This document shows positions 25,972 through 40,079 of a stretch of 64,000 nucleotides of DNA, piece after piece; position 1 is the first letter of the stretch, and every line of letters begins with the position of its first letter. This stretch comes from Lepidodermella squamata. Taxonomy: Eukaryota; Animalia; Gastrotricha. The position numbers and the translations under genes are program-made. The stretch lies in the NCBI GenBank assembly GCA_047495785.1, contig JBLDXI010000042.1:3286001-3350000 (forward strand), in the 5' to 3' direction. The notes beneath the pieces were generated by a model. The model saw nothing but the letters and a program-made list of their open reading frames with translations. It was not told where the DNA came from and ran no database searches.

Positions 25972-27299
25972 GATGATTCTTACGAAGAGTCAAAAAAGGA
26001 AAAGCTGTAAATTTTGACGAATGCCAAATTACTAGCGTCTTAAATAGCCGGTGTCGCAATTAAGTAAGTTGGTCAAAAACACTCGCACGTTTTCACCGGA
26101 TAATGGTTCTTTGAAACCGGCTTTTGTTGTGATTTCGGTCACGCTACAGAAGTACGACCCCGTGAGCGCTTCTAGATGCGAAATCGCGCTTAATTAAGCA
26201 ACAATTAGCGTACCACCCTCAGCATGTAACTCCGCAGCTGTCATACGACTGTCAAATCACTTTGGAACCATGTCAAATAATGCCCTGGTTTCGCAAAGAT
26301 CATGCAACTTTTTACGCTACAACACGTTTCGACCTCAAAGTCCATTCCCATTATTGGTTATGTGTCTTAAAAATTAATAAACATTAATTAGGTTCCGCGA
26401 ACCGTCATGCAAAGGCGTCGGCGGTGTCGTGAAATTCTAATTTCACCTAACAACATATCACTTGATGATTAAGCTACATAAAGCGGACTATGATAACCTT
26501 AATTGAATGCCCTATTAACAGAAACGCACGCCCAAATCCAATTTCTCAAAAATAAAGTGCGTTAATAGCTCGCCCTGTCTCTTCGAACGAATAGTTTTCA
26601 CTAGGGCCCAATCAATTTGAACTGCTAATACCGGGATTAAAAGGGATACTTATGTCGACGGCTCCTCTGCTGAAAATGTTCATGCCACTGCATTGTAGAT
26701 CCGGTCAGATCTCTATTAATTACCTGTCATATTTTGATCAATAACCTGAATTTTTGTGATGGATTTCTACAGCCAACTATCACTGAAGCAGCGCTTTCTT
26801 GCAGTAGCAAGTCCGCCAAGGGTGGTACATAAAATTTCTTAATAGAAAAATGAGAGGCGTTATTCCATTTACACGATGTGACGAGATGCAGCAACCATAA
26901 GACAGTGAGATTTTTTTACTAAACCTTCAACCAAACCTTCATCAGCTTTGTCCCGGCTAATATCGTGGATTTTATCGGGCTCAGTTGAAAAGTTTCACAG
27001 GCAAATTATTAGGTACGGCTGAGTGCTTTTGTGATTATGGTAAAAAAGAGCCCTCTGTTTCCGAAAGATGCATGCCATTTTTCTATTTTCGCGCGTCCTT
27101 CCTGTCAATTCTGGCTGCTGACAATTTCGCCTATTGTAGCGGATTTTCTACGACAAAAGGCAATGTGACGAATATTTATCATAAGCGCGCTGAGGGCTTT
27201 TGTAAGACACCAACTTTACTGTGATTGAGGGTTATACCCCGATGGATATGAAGCCAGTGCAGGGCCCTAATTTCGGACGACATAATGATAAAAAAATTA

Positions 27300-29900
27300 A
27301 ACGAAAGAGTTTAATGGATAGAAAAGTAAGATATTACTTTAGGTAGCCAGTTTGTCGAGTCAAATGCTTGTTACTTTCCGACGCATGTCTAAACTGTTCT
27401 TGGACTATTTTTATCAAGCGTTAGAGTTGACCTATAGTTAGATGGTGCTGAAACGGTGATGCTATCAGGAAATCATGAGTACGGCTTACTGCAAACATAA
27501 GATTCTAGCAGCTGCATGTTCATGCTTCATCTGGCAGTTATCGTTATCGCAGTTATCGGCAGTTAGCGATTTAAACCATTTTTTGAGGCGAGTTGTAGAG
27601 CGAATAGACCTTTGCATGCTTTACGGCATCGATTTGTTCGCGATGAAGAAGCTTGTTGTCAAAAGAGAATCCTAGAAGGCGTAGTGACTTTGTTTCTTCT
27701 ATCTCGCTATTTTCGATCCTTATCGTGATTTTCGGTCGGAGTGGCTAAGGGATAGAACCATTAATTGAGATTTTTTCGGATTAACTTTTAGGCTATTTGA
27801 ACTCAGCCAGCCAGTTACTAGGTCCACGTCATGCTGCAGGGTTTTCTCGATTTCGGCAGCGTTTTTCGATGAAAAGTATATGGTTGTATCATCGGCGTAT
27901 TGCACGATAGTTGATTTCAAAGACACGGACGACAGTTCGTTTACGTAGATGGAGAAAAGCAGTGGGCCCAGGACTGAGCCTTGTGGCACTCCGTAGTTCA
28001 CTTCAATATATGAAAATCGCTGGTTATTGATGACCGTTGTTTGCTTCCTGCTGTAGATGTAGCTATAGTGAACAGATCGATCGCGTTTTCATCGAATCCG
28101 GCACTTCTCAATGAAGAGAGAACACCGACTGGGTTGAGAGTATCAAAGGCTTTTGACATGTCAATGCTGATGACGGCAGTGGTTAGTCCGTCGTCCATGG
28201 CTTTGTGGCAATCGTCGGACTTTTCGCAAGGCATGCTTCTGTCGAGTGGAACCGCCGGAATCCGAATTGCGCGGCGGACAAGAATTTCGATTGGTGGAGG
28301 TGCTGCTTCATTTGTATTGCTACGCAACGCTCGAAGGTTCGGAAAAGTGTCGAGAGGATCGAGATTGGACGATAGTTGCGTAGCATTATTTCCTTGTCGC
28401 CTTCTTTGAAAATAGGCGTGATCGTCGAGGTTTTCCAGATGTCTGGTATTGTCCTTTCGCTTAGAACTTTGTTGAAAATTGCACATACGTGAGGCGCTAA
28501 CAAGTCTGCAGCCGCTTTAAGCACACACTCCGGTACTCCATCCGCCGCTGTTGTAGGGTTTTGTAAGAGCGGAAGCAAAAACACAGAAGCTGTAAGCTAA
28601 GTATTGCCTTTTATTAGCGAAGAAACATTTAATATTACGATTAAAATAACATAACCGAAACAGGGGTTTATATATGACAGCGGAATGTTCTAGAAGTGGA
28701 AGTTTCCGGAAGGTTCGGGAACTTGTTGGGTTCAGGAAGGTTCGAGACCGTAGAAGTTTCTGGCTTCTCGATCGCCGATACCACCGAGCCGCGTGGTCCT
28801 GACAGTTTTGTCCGAGATAATTCGTTGAGGCAGTGTCCGGTGATTTCAACAGAAAACGGCTTTCTGCTAAATTCATAATCCGAAGTCACTTTCCTTTCAG
28901 CTGACATGGATTCGGCTGTTTTCAGGCCGAGGCTTGCGAAGTATTCTTTGAAATCTGAGGCTTTTTGTAGCGACTTTTCGGTATCGAGATGACTGAAATT
29001 CGATTTCCGCACTCTTTTTGGCCGAAAGTTCTCGATAAATTTCGCCACATCTTGCCGCTATCGCCCTTGGCTTCTGCGACTTGCCGACGGTAGCGCGCTC
29101 TTCGGGCCTTGCGTTGATGACGCTGGTCGATTCGTAATTTTTCTCGAGCTCGAAGCATCTCATCGATGTTTCGTTCCATTCGTTCACAGGGCTTCTTACT
29201 GCGATTGAATTGTTTTTCTGGCACGACTTCCTCCGTTGCTTCGATGATGGCTTGATTCAACGCCCCTAGTAAGATTTGAGCATTCAGATTAGGAACGGGG
29301 AAAACATGCGTTGAGTTCCAGTGGTAGAACACCCTGTAGTTCGCTGATGTTTTTCGAATCAAAGAAAATGGTAACGTCGTCAGCGTATTGAGCTATGCCG
29401 CATCGGCTCGAAATCAGGGGAGGGTCGTTGACATATAGATCGTGAACATGAGAGGTCCCAAGACTGACCATATTGTGACACACCGCATACAATCGACTCG
29501 AACGGGGATGATTCGCCTTTGATTTTGGTGGTTTGGCGGCGGTTGCTAAAATAGCCCATCATCCATCATAAAGCGAATAGAGTGTTTTGAAAGACCAGCG
29601 CATCGAAGTGAATCAAGGATACTCTCGTGATTCAGCGTATCGAACGCTTTCGATAGATCTATCGAAACAGCTCCAACTATATACATTACCCGTGTCGAGC
29701 AAATGACGCTAACGTTCAGTGAACGAAAAGTGTCAGTCGAATGGTATGATCAAAACCCATGCTGTTCTGAGGTAAGGAATTTTATCGCGCATCGCGCGTA
29801 AATGGACCTTCAGCTGTGTTGCCAGGCAGCGTTCATATGTACAAGCCAGCAGTGAGGTGATCGAAATGGGCCTGAAATTGCAACCATCGTCGCGTTGTAA
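27300..29900 (-). mobile_element. Decayed non-LTR retrotransposon (CR1/L2-type) region with two separate frameshifted RT segments
   Basis: NYRPISILS, IDMSKAFDTL, GVPQGSVLGPLLFSIYVN, QYADDT (27720-28584) and a second NFRPISI / IDLSKAFDTLNH / QYADDV set (29289-29890). Confidence 0.9.
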
Positions 29901-30422
29901 CTTAGCTTATATCTATCGCCGCTTCGACGTCGGGGACCGATACAGAACGAAACGTAAACAAAACGTCTTTATTTCTATTTGAATTGCACCATTTGCAGTC
30001 AAATCACACAATCGGTGATCTTATTACGGCACTCTGCCTTATATTTCAAATGATTTCATGAACGAGATTGCCCTCTATTTATGCCTGGTTTCCTAATATG
30101 GATTTACCGTACATTTTTAATACCGTGTTATTTTCCAGCTTCCAGCTCGCCAAACAAGCGTCGAAAAAACTGTTGGCTCAAGTAAAACCAGGCACATAAC
30201 TGCGAATCATAAGAAGTATAGTGAATTCATTTTTACCCAGGAGTATTGGTTTGAATATGCTTTAATATAGTGGGGTACTTTGTAATGACTCCGATTCACC
30301 TGATTGAGCTCGACGTGCATAAAACGCCGCTATTCTCGTAGAATTAAGCTTAATACTGAGTGCTTGGCCTCTATTATTGCTGTTTTTGCAGGAAATAATC
30401 ACACATCATAGTCGGTACAAAA

Positions 30423-31326
30423 ATGACCAGTGGTGGAAGTGGTGCCAAGCCACCTTCACCTAACGTTGTCTCTAACAACCCCATGCAATTAGCCCCAACG
30501 GAGTTAATCAGCGACGGAAAAGTTGAGGCCAAGCCGGGCATTGCTATTGCCAACTGTCAGCCCAACAACAAATGCAAGGGGTTCAACTTGAACAGATTTT
30601 TACGATGTTTCCAGCTACTTCTGGCTCCGTTCTCATTCGCGTTGGCAGTCGTAGTCATCGTTAACACGAAGGATATGTACTTCTGGATATCGCTACCTCA
30701 ATTCATCACTACTGCACGGTCTGAAAGTCAATAAATTGTATTGTTACAATTCAATGTTCAATTCAGGTCGATAGTCGAAGTTTTCGTATTCCCAAAAATT
30801 GCATCGACGAACAACATCATTTGTCTACAATCTGTCTTCGAATCAATGGGGATGGTAAGTCTTCGCTTTGTTTGAATCAAAGAAGTCATATATGATGATT
30901 TTAGGATCTATTGATGGGAGCGTTCTACCTGCTTGCAACGGGAGTTACAGTTGATGTTTTATACGATCAATACAAGTTGATGTATGAAGAACCAGCAATT
31001 CATTACCCATACCACAAAGACTACACTATAGGATGGCCAATCAGCTGCGCTGTAAGTTTTTTGGTGAATGCTTCGCATAGTTATTCGAAAGCGGGTCAAC
31101 CAAATAGGTGTTCACGGCTGTTTTGTGCTTCACGCATTGTTGTAGTGTTGTAAGCTATTCGTGGCTCAATCGAAATCGATTCCGAACTTTCTTTGCTAAC
31201 CTGGTAAAGAGGGTCAGTCAAAGCAGGCAAAAGCGACGGAAACGACCTGCAAATGTGGTGACGATGGCTTTTGATAACAATGCACACGCGAATAATGACC
31301 GAGATTCAATATCTGATTACTATTAG
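30423..31326 (+). CDS. Small four-TM (MARVEL-like topology) membrane protein; exons ~30423-30718, 30767-30854, 30905-31051, 31108-31326
   Basis: Hydrophobic segments (FLRCFQLLLAPFSFALAVVVIV; DLLMGAFYLLATGVTV; IGWPISCAVFTAVLCFTHCC) joined in frame by three ~50-bp GT-AG introns. Confidence 0.65.
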
Positions 31327-34300
31327 AGAAAACTTCTCCATGATACGTAATGTCCGTTCCGATTGAATACTTCAGACAATAGCAGAGTCGATCTAGATAG
31401 CAAGACCCATACGTTTGAACACAAAAATGGTAACGGTACAAGATTGTTCCATATTATTTGTCGAATAAAAACGAAAGCTGAAACCTGTTTTCGTTTTTCT
31501 CGTACATAAATGTCTCATTCCTCATAATTTCTCGGATGTTATTCTAAGCTGAATTAGGACAAAAAATTAACTTAAAAATCGTCGATCTTTTATTCGTTGG
31601 CACAAGGCTGGTTGGTGCTGTATAGTTATAGGATAAATACGTTTACTTTACGCTGGATACCTAGTTATCCACTAGGATACCGCTAGGATACCTGGGTATA
31701 AGTACTGAAGCCCTTAATCCCGAAGTTTTTTGACCTTAGGTATCTGTGCGCCCTTGCAGACGCAGACGCTTCACTCTAATTGCAACTCCGAGGCATAATA
31801 GATCGAGGCCTCCCGTCTACTTCGAGCAGAGACTCTAGAAAGTACTGGTCAAAGCAATGCTCGATAGCCCGCGCCGAGGGGTCTGTGTTCGAGAAGCGCG
31901 GTGCATGCCTAGCCTAGGGGGTAAAGGCAAGGGTTAAGGTCCATAGCCACGGCGGCCAGGCCGGGCAACTGACAACTGATATGGAAACGTTTAGTGCGTA
32001 CGGATTCCTCTTTCCCCAGTTGGCCCAGCGAAGTGAGTGAAAAATGAATGTAATAAAATAGCTGAGATATTTGTAACCATAAATCAATGAAGAGGCCTGG
32101 CTGTGGGACTTCATCCGCCGACGAAGGCCACCCGTCAGCCGTCCGGCTTCCTTTTTTTTTAATTTTTATACAACAATTTCGGCTGTGTTTATCACGGTGA
32201 TGAGGTGAAGCCTAGAACATTCACGTTATTTTTAAAGCGTTCGATGTCAACACGTTGCGGGCAGCCAGTTTTTGGGAGCTCATTCCAAGTGTCTACCAAT
32301 GACACTAGCCTGTGGTAAGGCTCGATAGGCTTTTGCCTGTTATCCGAATCAAATGTTGAGATCATGCCCCTTGATGACGTTTTGCTGAATCGCGTGAGCT
32401 GGTTGTTTTGATCGGTAGCTCCTTGAAGTTCTTTGAACAGCTTCCCGTGAGCGTTGACCTCGTCGATTGCAGTTGAGAGGTGAGCGCTCCCTCACTCGGT
32501 TCTCCGCTGGGAATCCGCGGATCTCCCGCGTGTGCTACCATTGTTTGAGGCCAGGCTCGGTGTTGACAGCCTGCCCGGGTTCGGGGGCCCGGGGTGGGGA
32601 ATAATTGAATATCCGATTCTTCGATCCGACGACGGCCGCAGCCACCACCAAAAACAAAAAATAATAAAAACGCTGAAATACGCTGAATGGGTCAAGATAA
32701 TTTGATATAGTAATCTGACGACGGGAGTCCGACGTTGGCCAATGCAGATTTCCGGCGTGTCTCTCTCAAGACACTCTGAAGCTAGGAGCCTATCTCCGCT
32801 GGCCCTCTGATGATGCAAATTTCATGGTCTACGCTCTATACGCTGAGCCCTTCGCGAACGCCGCAAATCGCAAATTAAATTTGAATGACATTGGCATCGT
32901 TGACTAGGTTTGGAATAACTATCCTCGTGAATCATAGTAAACTCTGAACACTTCGAAAGTTGCAGTAAAAGCGCCCGCGCGGAAAAGCTGGATGACTGGA
33001 AAACACGCAATTTTGCTCATTTACGGGCAAGTTAATAAGCAAAGTAACGCCAGCTATACGCGAGGAGAAGCCAGCCCGATAATAGAAGTAAGATTTGAAT
33101 TCGGCGGTTGAACTTGACCGAAGTCATATATTTTTACCTTGGTATGAAAATAGGTTAATAAGCATCAATAAAAAAGATATTGGATTTGCATTGTATTGCT
33201 GCCAGCTACACTGACAGTTTCTTCTCGCCAAAATCCGCTAATAGCATACGGATGAAATAAGTAATTAGTGACCCTAGTTTGGGAAGGATATGTAATCTCT
33301 GCATATCATGATATTATAAACTAGAAATATATTTTAGTTTTTTGCTACATTGGTAAGAAAAATGCGAGAACGGCCCGATTTTTGTCGCTTCCTTGCCCAT
33401 TGTTGCTTTTTAGGATTCCGGGATGGTATTTCGAAGTCGCCATTCATTGAAGAAGACATAAGGTGGAAAACAACCGACCCATGTATTGTCAGTCAAATTT
33501 AAGTTGGGCTTAGTTCAATGGACGCGCATTAAATGACAATTTGTTTAGCTGCTATGTTTCACGAAAACGAATTCCACGGTTATCCTATACCCTAGACGAT
33601 GTCTCATTTGATGTAATTAACTGTCTCTTATATGTTTGTAAAGTTTCTTTCACAACGTAATCTGGACGTCTGTGGAAATGCTTGAGTGGGATAAGGCTAA
33701 TTTCTAGTACAGCGCGGCCTAATCAGATTTTACGGATGAACATTCAAGTGGCATATTTTTGATCGATGTCAGGTACATGTCAAGTATCTTCAGTTCATTT
33801 ATAGGTGCTAATTCATTACGGCGAATTGACTCGGAAAAAGGGCGTGGAAACATGAAACACTCCCATTGGACGTCTCACCTATTTGTTAGGTACTTGGATT
33901 ACGAAGAATTTGAAAATTGTCAGTGTAAAATGTGTTTATTTGTCAGCTCTCATTAAATTATTTCCTCTACCAATGTCCTTCGCGTGACTAAGAATCTGAA
34001 GATTGATTGGATCGGAGTGATCATGACAAATGACCAGATTATTTTGCTAAATAATCGATCCATATAATCCCGATCGCAAATGAGAAAAGAGCGGATTGTC
34101 AGTCGATGTTTCGTCGAGCTCGCTCCCCGTCTCCCGTTTTAGTATTACTCTAGATTTGCGGACGTCCGATACCGCAGGAGATTGAAAAATCATAGGGGCA
34201 AATTAGATCATCTCTTAATTAGGCCGACAAGGGAGGATGATTGAATAGCGCTAAGCGTAAGTGACATACCCTTTGAACCAAAGACAATTGATCTGACAAG

Positions 34301-34402
34301 AAATCATCCATAATGACTTCTAACCCTTTTAAATACCTAATATATACTCGTGAAATTTCGGAAATCGGAAATCGGATCAGACGTTTCTGATACAGTGAAA
34401 AC

Positions 34403-34915
34403 ATGAAATTTTGCATAACAGTCACTGCTGTTATATTCTTGTTCGCCTGTCAATCTGCATCTCCGAGCATTATCGGTAGCACTTCGCAACACCCAACAAC
34501 TCCAAGCCCGCTTGAGCAAGAAATTATCACCAGCTTGTTAGATAGGTACAAAACGCTGACAGCTTCTTCAAACAACAATGACTACAAAACTTGGATGCGA
34601 AGTAGGTTTGAGTAACAACTTTGCTTCACATTTTTTAGTAATGATCAACTCTACCACTTAATTGTTACAGAGCAAATAACAGCCAGTTTCATGGCCGGCG
34701 ATGCTGAGATGATGCGGCAGCTGTCGAAGCAGCTCCACGAAGAAGAACAGAACTGCCGCTTTCAGGCGTGTATGTTCGTTTTTCAGACTCACAGCATTTG
34801 CAGCAGCAATGGCAGCTTCTACATATGGGCGCAAAGAATTGCTGGCAAGATATTCCGCAATCGCAAGTGTGGAAGCTGGTTCGAGCAGAAATCAAAGCCA
34901 GATAACGAAGATTAA
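34403..34915 (+). CDS. Secreted 4-Cys helical protein family, paralog P3; exons 34403-34601, 34671-34915
   Basis: Signal peptide MKFCITVTAVIFLFACQSA; same phase-1 intron; LHEEEQNCRFQAC...ICSSNGSFYIWAQRIAGKIFRNRKC. Confidence 0.9.
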
Positions 34916-36189
34916 TCATATTTCAGTAGCCATACCCGGCGTTGAGTAATTACTTGCGAACAAAACTGCGAAATTGCGTTGTCTAGCAATGAAATACAAA
35001 CACCGCTTAAATTCATTCCCTCTTGAATTGGTATAATGCTGGTAGCTCATCAGAAATGTCGACCTGTGCTTCACGGTTTTGTCTCAGTATCGATCGATAT
35101 ACACCGTTATCAGGCGTGAGGCAACTGATAATAACTCATTTTTGCTTACAATTCGTGATAGAGTCAGGCAAAGCAGGATTTTTTAGGTAGGTCATTCAAT
35201 TTTAATTCGATCAATCACCCAATTCAAGAGCCCAGATCGACTCGAAGCATTTTTCAAGTCGTGCTCAACAAATTAAGGGATCAGCCATAAAAAATACAGA
35301 ACAAGATCCGACGCTACCATAGAAATCGTTACCGAGGCAATTTCCTCGGCTGGCCACCGTTGGATTGCCTAAAAAGATCAACCGTAAAATCTGCGAAAAC
35401 TAGTCTCGCCTTTGGTGCCTTTGGAATCGTGTTGAACTCCAGTCTTCACAGCTGATTTTAATGAAAATTATTGGATTAAATGATGGACTAACTGGATTCG
35501 AAGGATGAATGATGAGAAATAGGTATTAAAATTCGTCCATTAAAGATTTGTTCAATATTTGTTCAACGAAGCTGAAAATTTAATTTTGCATAGCACTTAG
35601 GATAACTGACCTTGACCGCTTTAACTAGAGGCCTGATCTAATCCGATGCTTGTCTTTATCTAGTCAAGACTCATAATAAAAATGAACGGCGCAGCGAAGT
35701 CCGTGGCCCAATGTTGAAACCTGCAGCACACGTGCGCAGCTTAATTCTTAATCTCGCGCTTCATTTGAAGGTTGCAGCCCAAATGTTTACCTTGTAACCG
35801 TAATCACACGCGTGCAGCCAGAAATCTATATTTTTGTAGCCGAAATTTCTCCACCAAATTTTCTCTTCAAACATCTTGAATTGATCTTTACATGATTCCC
35901 GATTAAGTTGATATGGCACGAGGCAATATGGCTGCGTTTGAGGCGGACGATGCTCAGCGAAGAAAAGAAGAAATAACCCACCTAGGATTCTGTAAATTTC
36001 GATTAGGCCGCTTCAGGTAGGGAAGGAGAACGGCGAACCATGCGCTGAGCCTCTTGATGAGATACGCGCTTAGATGAAGATTAAAGGTGTTCGGATTGTT
36101 ACCCGTTCGAGTCCATGACTGGCTGCGGAGCCATCCATGGCTAATAACCCCATAAATTACCGATAAAATAATATTGTCACACATCACAC

Positions 36190-36385
36190 CCGGGTCGACA
36201 TAGAGAAATGAGCAGAGTGGATTTCATCGTCTAACTGCTTGAGCAGTGGATCCTAGTGCAGGGCAGGCCTGGGGCGACAATCGACGCAGCACAGATAACC
36301 CGAATGGGCAGTTTATTGCACTCTGAGAATCGAACCCTGCCATTGTGACGTTGCAGCGAAACGCTGTGCTATAAGAGCACTCAAG
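36190..36385 (-). mobile_element. Possible tRNA-derived SINE relic
   Basis: Minus strand has A-box-like TAGCACAGCG and B-box GGTTCGATTC, with no tRNA cloverleaf that I can fold. Confidence 0.35.
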
Positions 36386-36689
36386 ACACAATTACAGCGT
36401 GTTTCCCGTTGTTTAACTTATTTATGGCATTTCCACAGGCATTTCCATGGCTTTTGGCGCAAGGGCACCGTTATCTTGCATGGTTAGAACATAGGACCTA
36501 CTAGCAGTTTGAAAATAGTCAACCTGTGATTGAAATTTCGATTTTTTTAACTTGAAATTGCATAGGTTCTCGATCATTTTTTGATCCCACAAGAATACCA
36601 CCGTGTCCGCCATAGTCTCATTGAGCTCTGTTTAAATTTTTTTTAGTTGAAAATTAAAAATGACGACGCTATTGAAATTCAATCAAACC

Positions 36690-36923
36690 GGCCGAATTCG
36701 TCCTATCCGCTCAGAAAACTGAAAAAGCTGAATTCAGATCTGAATGCTGAGCCTCTGAAACTTTGTTACTCTGAATTTTTTCGGTGATATGAGGGAGAAG
36801 CTTAGGGACATTCGTGGGAGTAATTTAGAATATCAAATTCCAAAACTAAACACACCTGACACAGAAATTAGGGTGCTCGAAAAATTCCCTGAAATCAGCT
36901 GGGCGGATAGGACGATTTAGGCC
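36690..36923. mobile_element. Small inverted-repeat element
   Basis: ggccgaattcgtcctatccgctcag / ctgggcggataggacgatttaggcc. Confidence 0.5.
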
Positions 36924-37049
36924 ACCTTTTGCACAGCCCTAACGGTGATAGATAAAGACAAACGGATTTCAAAATCGTGATCAGGGCATTCGAAAACCCT
37001 CAAAAACTGCTGTCAAATATTTTTTCTACCTCGGATAAATAATTCCGCC

Positions 37050-37382
37050 ATGAAAGGATTAAGGAACAAACTGAATTGGCTACCTATGCGAGGCAAACGC
37101 GATGTGCACCTGGCGAAAATGGTGTGGCGATGTGTGAATGGCGAAGCCCCAGAAAGTCTTGTGAATCTGTTCTCTCGCAAGATGTTTGACCCTACGCAAA
37201 AAATGATCCGTAGTCAGTTCACACAAGCGCTTGTTGTCCCTAATTTAACATCGGCACAGGGTCAAAAGACTTCGGCGTATTGGGGTGCGATACTATTCAA
37301 CAACCTGTCTACTGATGCACAAAGTGCTATCTCGGCTAATAGCTGCCGCCAACAAACTTACCTAGAACTGTTGAAAAAATAA
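37050..37382 (+). mobile_element. 3' fragment of CR1/L2-type LINE ORF2
   Basis: LNWLPM..KR..HLAKMVWRCVNGEAP...YWGAILFNNLS typical of the LINE RT C-terminal region. Confidence 0.75.
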
Positions 37383-38089
37383 AATAATTCACCGGAAACC
37401 TGAACGGAACTGATATTATCATAGCACTCTGACTACTCTACTGCGGCTGCACTTTCTTTTTCACTATCGACCTTCCTTCCTGGATATCATGCTCATTAAA
37501 AAATATATACATTTTTATCATTTTTGATTTTATTTTAATTTACGAGCTGAATGATTGATTATAGTTGATTTTTAGCGAAGATAATTGACATTCCTGCGAT
37601 TTCCGAATAAAAATTGTCAAAATCATGAATAAAATGAGCACACGCCTCAATCTTCAATGTTTGCGTGTGAAGACGCCTCATTAGCGTGTCGAGACGTCTT
37701 ATTAATTTTTGGGTGTTGCTATTGGCACATAATTAGCCACAATACACCGTTAATTTTTTTCGCAACTTGCGGGTATATACGTCGAGTTTCCGAAAAGGCG
37801 GGTTTACGCGTGCAAGTCGACGCGTAAAGTCGACGTGTAAACCTGCCAGATCAACGAAAAACGCCTTTGTGTGTGTATACGCGCACATAGACACGCGCAT
37901 CTGTGGGCGCTGGATGGCTAATACATCTTGTGCATGAGGATCAAATCGAGTTGGAAGCGTGGGACTGATAGTAGATGGACTCGACACTTCCTATATAGCA
38001 CATAATAAATTGTTCTGGGAGACTGGAGAAGCACAAAAGTATAAATCGATCGCGTGCTGTTTTGATCAAAGAAAAAGTGACCGATAGAT

Positions 38090-39513
38090 TATATGACCGC
38101 TGCAAAATGAAAAGTGTATCTTGCCGAATTTTTCGGCGTTTTGAAATGAGTACATAGGGTAGTTGGCCATGGCATCCCGAGTCCATTGGTGAAAACCGTT
38201 CGAAAAAATACCTCTAAATGACCGAGATATCGCGGTTGGAAGTTTAGAGACAATTTTTCACTTTTTGAGAAAAATGTGAAAATAAAAACTTCATTTTGCG
38301 CGCATAAAAAATGATTTGCACACGTTTTCACCGTCATTATCTTCGGATTTCTCAATCGTATTTCTTCAAATTTTATACCGTTCGAAAGGCGCTTTTCACA
38401 CCAGCAATCAATTGGAATATCAATAAAAAATGGCGAAGCGCAACATTTGTTAGCATTTTTTATTTAAATTTGAATTCCAGCGCGTAATTTACCACAGACA
38501 TAAATACCTGAAAATTCCAGGCAGTTCAGGACCTATGGCTTGGTATTCTCGATCCCCTAGTGTGTTCTTGTAGCAAGGTCCAGGCGAATTTCACTCATGG
38601 CGTGTTGATAAGCAATAGCACACGATAATGTGAGTGGCGATTTCGAGGACTGCGTCTATTACTGCTGTTGCAGTTTTAAGGGCCAAAATGTGCGAGCGTT
38701 GGCAAATGAGGGCGGCTTTTGCTTTTATTGCACGTCGGCGAAATGCTAAAACATCGTTTTAGCTTTCAATGCGCACAAATGTTAATGTCTGTGTTGGGGC
38801 CCGAGCCCGAATTCGGCCCGTACGCAGACGGGTAGCATTGATTTGCCGCTCCGCGCTCGGGCCGGTTTAAAACATGCCCGTATGCGACGTTTACTGTAAA
38901 TTTAATAAATTCGAGAGAATCACGCTTCACCGCACACGGGCCAGCCAAGGTGCCAGCCCGAGCACGGCGGAGAACAATTGGATCCAGCGCTATTGTTCAG
39001 CGCCGTACTCGGGCCGCCGGGCTCGGGCCTCTGAATCGGGTCGTCGGGCTTGGGTCGCCGGGCTCGGGTCATCATACAACCAACGCCCACCCCGACAATT
39101 TTACCAAGTCCCAGCCCGAGGCCCGGCGGCCCGAGTACAGCGCTGAACAATAGCGCTGGATCCAATTGTTCTCCGCCGTGCTCAGGCTGGCACCTTGGCT
39201 GGCCCGTGTGCGGTACGGAGCGCGTACGGGCCGAAATCGGGCTCGGGCCCCAACACCTGCATCGTAAACTATGCGTACAAAAATGTAGAAAAAAATCGCT
39301 AATTAATGCTTTACAAATTAAAGCAAATTTGAGGTGGATCCGTAGGTCCTGTGAAGTTAAGGATGCGAAATTTGGAATCTACGACTCCAAACTACGTAAG
39401 GTTATTAGATGAAACCAGAACGGCCGTGGATGGCCCCGAGATTTGTTTTTCTTGCTGCTGAAAATAATTAAAAAATCGCCAAGATACACTTTTCACTTTG
39501 CAGCGGTCATATA
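38090..39513. mobile_element. Non-autonomous DNA transposon with ~44-bp TIRs hosting a nested palindromic element
   Basis: tatatgaccgctgcaaaatgaaaagtgtatcttgccgaattttt / aaaaatcgccaagatacacttttcactttgcagcggtcatata. Confidence 0.8.
38791..39256. mobile_element. GC-rich foldback element with outer TIR and ~95-bp near-perfect inner inverted repeat (38930-39027 / 39113-39213)
   Basis: gtgttggggcccgagcccgaattcggcccgtacgc / gcgtacgggccgaaatcgggctcgggccccaacac; inner arms give mirror ORF translations in the ORF track. Confidence 0.85.
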
Positions 39514-40079
39514 GTTCAAGGATTGTAGCGATGAAAAATGTATCGGGTATTTACTTTTGGAAGCCATTGAAATTTCGCTTTGATTAGAAGCTACCGCGAT
39601 CAGGCCAGCGCCCAGCACTCATAATTTTTAAGGCTGTGCCAGGATATTTTAACTGATTCTCGGGGTGAAAATGCACAAGAAAATGAACCGAACTCATTCA
39701 ATTTTCAACGACAATTCAATTTTATGGTTTGCAAATCATGCAGCTACTTTAGTAACGAATAACGAACAATTCCCATCAGTCAATATGTATCAATTTTCCA
39801 TGCGATTAGGCGGAAGCTCGTGTGAGGTCCCCGGTCAACAAACAAGATAGAAACAGCCGAAATACAACTTTGTTCTATGAAGCAAGAACTGTTCTATGAA
39901 AACTATGTGAACTATGAATAATGCAATTCGGAATTCGGTGTTCTAATATTCATTTGTGGATGAACAAATCGTCGTCGGTGCGGCCAAAAGTATTATATCC
40001 AAGAGAATTAATTTTGAGATAAATCGAAAAAACGGATTTATTTTCGAAATTTTCAGTAAAATATGTCACCAAGTCGAAC

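Noticed and set aside
32090-32160. GC-rich segment followed by poly-T resembling a Pol III RNA or intrinsic terminator
   Set aside because: No recognisable ncRNA motif or promoter boxes; bacterial-type terminators are not meaningful in this context
38874-39412. Several overlapping ORFs with mirrored peptides
   Set aside because: Artefacts of the GC-rich inverted repeat
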